Origin: Nannocystis bainbridge
GTDB lineage: Bacteria; Myxococcota_A; Polyangia; Nannocystales; Nannocystaceae
Reading direction: 5' to 3'
DNA: 64,000 bases
NCBI RefSeq assembly: GCF_028368995.1
Contig: NZ_JAQNDL010000001.1
Location: forward strand, 4,096,001 to 4,160,000
Below, piece by piece: positions 59,962 through 64,000 of this stretch. Made by a program: the position numbers and the translations under genes. Numbering within the stretch: the first letter of the stretch is position 1; each line of letters starts with the position of its first letter. The notes beneath the pieces were generated by a model. It searched no databases. It was given only the letters and a program-made list of their open reading frames with translations, and was not told the origin of the DNA.

Positions 59962-61359
59962 CTAGCCGGACGGCGAGCCGGCGTTGCTGAGCGCGAAGCC
60001 GGTCATGTCGCTGTAGGTGTAGGGCGCGGTCAGGCCGGTGAAGGTATCGACCATCTTGGTCGCCGGGTGCACGCGGTAGGCGTAGGGCTCCGACAGCGTC
60101 ACGCCCCACACGTAGCCGTAGAAGTCGATGCTGATGCCGTGGACGTAGCTGGGGACGTTCAGGACGTCCTTCTGCGTCATCGTCTCGGTGTCGACGGCGA
60201 TGATGAGGTTGGGGTTGCCCGACATGTAGAGGGTGCCGTTGCCGTCCTCCATGCAGCCGCCGCCGCCGGAGACCACGACGGTCTGCCAGGTCTCGGTCAT
60301 CGGGTCGAAGCGGGCCGCGCCGCTGCCGCTGCAGGTCCACACGTAGCCCTTCGAGTCGACGGTCATGCCGTAGCCCGACATCGCCATCGGCCACAGCTTG
60401 TACTGCAGCGTCTGACGGTCGATGAACACCAGCTGGCCGACGCCGAGCTGCGAGCCCCAGAAGTTGCCGTTACCGTCGACCGCCGCGCCGTAGATGCCGT
60501 AGTAGTCGGGGTTGACGCCGACCACGTTGACGGTGGCCTCGACCGCGCCGGTGTCGCCGTTGACGAGCAGGACGTCGAGCTGGTTGTCGGCGTTGACGAA
60601 GTCGTCGTTGTTGCCGGAGGTCCAGACCTTCTGGTTCTCCCACTGGCAGGTCGCCTTGTTGAAGTTGCCCTGCGTCCACGCGACCGGCCGCTGGCTGATG
60701 TAGCTCATCGGCGTGTACCAGGCGACGCACTCGTCGGCCCCCCACGGCAGGTAGTTGGCGTCGACCGCGGTCTGGATGCCCGGCGTCCCGTTGGTGTCGC
60801 CGCACCGCTCGGACTGCGCGTACACCTTCGTCAGGCCGCCGTTGCGGTTGGCGATCACGACGTCGCCCGAGAGGTTGACCGAGGTGCGCGACGGGCTGCC
60901 TGCCGAGTCGGGGCGCACGATGTAGCGACCCTCCTCGATCAGAGTCTCGGTGTTGATCTTGCTCATCGTGCCCTGGCCGCTGTTGGCGATCCAGATGTAC
61001 GAAAAGTCAGGTTCACCGCCCATGCCGCCGCCGCTGCAGGCCATGCCGCCGTCGGGGGTGATGCCGAGGTCGAACTTGGGGCCGCCGCTGGCGGTGACCG
61101 AGGTGCCCGTGACGCCCTCAGTCGGATCGGTCGGGGTCTGGGTGGTCGCGTTGCTCTCGCTGCCGGTCCCCATCGTCGGCGCTTCGCTGGTCGGCCCCGC
61201 CGTCTCGGACACGGTGCCAGCTTCGGTCACGGTCGCCGTGCTCGGGGTCGTGGTCGGAGGCGTCAACGTGGCCGACGCACCGCCGTCGTCGCGTCCGCCG
61301 TTGTCCCCGCAGGCGAACACCACCGACGCGGCGATAAGGGTTTTGAGCTCGTTTCTCAT
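59962..61359 (-). CDS. Myxobacterial beta-propeller (Vgb-like) lipoprotein with Thr stalk
   Basis: VFAC lipobox, PKFDLG, IWIANS..GT.SKI.T, PSRTSV, YG.AVD..G..W repeats, PYTYSDMTG. Confidence 0.82.
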   Translation of the reverse strand: MRNELKTLIAASVVFACGDNGGRDDGGASATLTPPTTTPSTATVTEAGTVSETAGPTSEAPTMGTGSESNATTQTPTDPTEGVTGTSVTASGGPKFDLGITPDGGMACSGGGMGGEPDFSYIWIANSGQGTMSKINTETLIEEGRYIVRPDSAGSPSRTSVNLSGDVVIANRNGGLTKVYAQSERCGDTNGTPGIQTAVDANYLPWGADECVAWYTPMSYISQRPVAWTQGNFNKATCQWENQKVWTSGNNDDFVNADNQLDVLLVNGDTGAVEATVNVVGVNPDYYGIYGAAVDGNGNFWGSQLGVGQLVFIDRQTLQYKLWPMAMSGYGMTVDSKGYVWTCSGSGAARFDPMTETWQTVVVSGGGGCMEDGNGTLYMSGNPNLIIAVDTETMTQKDVLNVPSYVHGISIDFYGYVWGVTLSEPYAYRVHPATKMVDTFTGLTAPYTYSDMTGFALSNAGSPSG

Positions 61360-61474
61360 GGATAATCCCCGCTGCCGTACGCTAGCACAGCAGGGGGAAT
61401 TCTCGTCACGAGAAGCGGGGATCCACCTCTCGGCCCGCGGGGAGCTCCGGGGCTCGCCGAGCGCGAAATCTCGC

Positions 61475-62554
61475 TCAGGCGCGCCGACGCCGACGCAGGC
61501 CCAGCAGCAACAGACCGAAGGCCCACGGCGGCGGACCGCCGGCGACGCTGCAGGTCAGCGAGGTGTCGTTCGACGAGGCCGGCTCGCCGGCCGCGACGCG
61601 CACGGAGATCCCCGACTCGACCCCGTAGGCCCGCGCGGTGATCTTCCGGAACTCCTGCTCGGGGTCGTGCTCGTAGATGAACACGTCACCCGGCTCGGTG
61701 AAGCCGCGATCGGGCAGCGCCCACTCGAAATCGACGCCGTAGATCGGCTCCTTGTCCTCGGAGACCGCCTGCGCGACCAGCAACCACTCGCCGGCGAGCT
61801 CGGCCGGATCGTTGGCGTCGCCGTCGATGAGCTCGACGCCCGCGATCATGCTGCTGGGCACGCCGAAGATGTCGATCTGCTCGACGAGCGAGTCGCCGAG
61901 CCACAGCTCGGCGCTGTGCCGACCCTGGGCGCCGACGCTCACCTGCAACCAGTTGCGGTTGTCGACCAACTCGGAGTGCTTGACGGTGGCGTCGATCGCC
62001 GAGCTGCCGCTCGCCACGATCGACGTCGATCCCTGCAGGCGGATGTCCTCGTGGAGGTACTCGATGGCGAAGGTCGCGGTGCCGCCGGCGAGGATGCGCG
62101 GGTTCGGGGTCTCGCCGCGGAAGTCGGGGTTGTCGAGGGCGTAGATCGGCGCGGCGAACAGCTTGGCGCGGGTCGGTCGCTTGACCTCGACGGTGGCGCC
62201 GCCACGCACCGCGCCCGAGGTGTCCTTGAGCAGCAGTTCGGTGACGCCCTCGCCGATCGCCCCGACCTCGACGACGAGGATGTGCGGGCTCATCTTGTAT
62301 GGATCGGCGCGCAGCTGCACGACCTTGGGATCCATGCTCTCGACCTTCCAACCGAGGAAATCGGTCTCCTGGTCGTTGTCCTCGACGAACACCTCGAACT
62401 GCGCCCCGAGCACGTACGGAGTGCTCAGCTCGTCACCGTACTCGGCGCGCGGCTTGAACTCGTAGAGCCGGCTGTTGACCGAATCCGAGAAGGTGAACTC
62501 GCTGGTACACGCAGCAAGCAACGAGAGGCCGAGGAGCGTGGACGCGACCCGCAT
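61475..62554 (-). CDS. Lipoprotein with C-terminal MYXO-CTERM-like sorting signal
   Basis: LLAAC lipobox; C-terminus TCSVAGGPPPWAFGLLLLGLRRRRRA. Confidence 0.8.
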   Translation of the reverse strand: MRVASTLLGLSLLAACTSEFTFSDSVNSRLYEFKPRAEYGDELSTPYVLGAQFEVFVEDNDQETDFLGWKVESMDPKVVQLRADPYKMSPHILVVEVGAIGEGVTELLLKDTSGAVRGGATVEVKRPTRAKLFAAPIYALDNPDFRGETPNPRILAGGTATFAIEYLHEDIRLQGSTSIVASGSSAIDATVKHSELVDNRNWLQVSVGAQGRHSAELWLGDSLVEQIDIFGVPSSMIAGVELIDGDANDPAELAGEWLLVAQAVSEDKEPIYGVDFEWALPDRGFTEPGDVFIYEHDPEQEFRKITARAYGVESGISVRVAAGEPASSNDTSLTCSVAGGPPPWAFGLLLLGLRRRRRA

Positions 62555-62710
62555 ACCTCCAAGCTAATCGGACACGATGGCGCGCTCAAGTGCCCCGGGC
62601 TGCCAAAGTGTCATTTCGGCCGGCGGGCCCGCATGGGGCGGATCACGAGCCGCCAGAGTGGGGCGGATCACGCGCGGGCCAGCGGTGCTTTGGGGTAGGG
62701 TCCCCGCGCC

Positions 62711-64000
62711 ATGGACCACGCCGCCTCGCCGAAGAGCCTCGCCGCCGCGCGCCCGACGATCCCCTGCTCCGACCCGGCGACCGGCCAGGCGCTCGGCGAA
62801 GTGCCGGCGATGGACCGCGCCGAAGTGCTGGCCCGCCTCGACCGGGCCCGGACTGCGCAGGCCGCGTGGGCGAAGACGAGCTTCGCCCAGCGCCGCCGGG
62901 TGGTCCGGCGGATCCTTCAGCACCTGCTCGACCACACCGACGAACTCTGCCGCCTGATCAGCCGCGACAGCGGCAAGACGCTCGAGAACGCGACCGTCGA
63001 GATGTGGCCGATCTGCGAGATGCTGCGCTGGAACCTGGCCCACGCCGAGCAGGCGCTGAAGCCGCAGAAGGTCTCGTCCGGCGTGCTCATGCACAAGTCG
63101 GCGCGCATCGAGTACCACCCGCTGGGGGTGATCGCGGCGATCTGCCCGTGGAACTTCCCGCTGCAGAACGTGCTCGCGCCAGCGATCCCGGCGATCCTGG
63201 CCGGCAACGCGGCGATGATCAAGGTGTCGGAGTGGACCTCGTGGTCGGCGCCGCGGATCCAGCAGATCTTCGACGAGGCGCTGCGTGCCGAGGGCCACTC
63301 GACCGACCTCGTGCAGCTGATCACCGGCTACGCCGAGACCGGGGCGGCGCTGGTCGGTGCAGGCGTCGACAAGGTGATCTTCACCGGTTCGATGGCCAAC
63401 GGCAAGCGCGTGCTGCAGACCGCGGCCGAGACGCTGACGCCGGTGATCCTCGAGCTCGGCGGCAAGGACCCGATGATCGTGTGCGACGACGCCGACGTGC
63501 ATCAGGCGGTCCACAACGCGCTGATCGGGACGCTGACGTCGGCCGGCCAGCTGTGCATGGCGGCCGAGCGGATCTACGTGTTCGACGCGGTGTACGACGA
63601 GTTCGTGGCGGCGATCGCCCGCATCGTCGGCAGCCTGCGCCAGGGCCCGCCGCTCGGCGGGGGCGTGGTCGATGTCGGCGCGATGACGATGCCGGGCCAG
63701 GTCGACATCGTCGAGCGCCTGGTCGCCGATGCCGTCCACCGCGGCGCGCGGATCCTCGCCGGCGGCAAGCGCGGCCCCGGCGGGCAGTACTTCGAGCCGA
63801 CGGTGCTGGTCGATGTCGACCACGAGATGAAGATCATGCGCGAGGAGACCTTCGGGCCGGTGATCGCGATCATGCGCGTGCGCTCGGACGAGGAGGCGAT
63901 CCGCCTGGCCAACGACTCGACCTACGGGCTGTCGTCGTCGGTGTTCTCGCGCGACCGCGCCCGCGCCGAGCGGATCGCCCGCCAGATCGTCTCCGGCTCG
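62711..64000 (+). CDS. Aldehyde dehydrogenase (3' end outside window)
   Basis: Manual translation: DPATG, ICPWNFP, FTGS, LELGGKDP, GQLCMA (catalytic Cys), EETFGP, ANDSTYGL. Absent from the ORF track because the stop lies beyond the window. Confidence 0.92.
   Translation, partial: MDHAASPKSLAAARPTIPCSDPATGQALGEVPAMDRAEVLARLDRARTAQAAWAKTSFAQRRRVVRRILQHLLDHTDELCRLISRDSGKTLENATVEMWPICEMLRWNLAHAEQALKPQKVSSGVLMHKSARIEYHPLGVIAAICPWNFPLQNVLAPAIPAILAGNAAMIKVSEWTSWSAPRIQQIFDEALRAEGHSTDLVQLITGYAETGAALVGAGVDKVIFTGSMANGKRVLQTAAETLTPVILELGGKDPMIVCDDADVHQAVHNALIGTLTSAGQLCMAAERIYVFDAVYDEFVAAIARIVGSLRQGPPLGGGVVDVGAMTMPGQVDIVERLVADAVHRGARILAGGKRGPGGQYFEPTVLVDVDHEMKIMREETFGPVIAIMRVRSDEEAIRLANDSTYGLSSSVFSRDRARAERIARQIVSGS

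Overview
A very GC-rich chromosomal segment that looks myxobacterial, most likely Nannocystaceae. This is inferred from a MYXO-CTERM protein, Cys-rich and Thr-stalk lipoproteins, and a Ser/Thr kinase-TPR protein. About 50 CDSs are supportable. They include a glpD-DAG kinase-alkyl-DHAP synthase-like operon ending in an SdpA/B-like HTTM pair, a deoxyhypusine-synthase-like gene plus agmatine deiminase, an OLD-family ATPase-TOPRIM nuclease, zwf-pgl-gnd, a GH63 glycosidase, sixA-ppk1, ihfB, an ECF sigma/anti-sigma pair, an AAC(6')-like GNAT, rnz, a 3-gene acyl-CoA carboxylase, a histone-H1-like protein, many lipoproteins and a partial ALDH. I found no rRNA, tRNA, CRISPR array or transposase. The strongest unexplained signal is a dispersed family of arrays of the palindromic decamer RRRCATGYYY at a strict 14-bp period (about 20 loci). 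It occupies 8 of the 10 convergent gene junctions and is also written into coding sequences through rare codons. Other highlights are a 33-aa Gly-Gly leader peptide gene and many apparently leaderless genes. Many start codons were re-picked relative to the ORF track.
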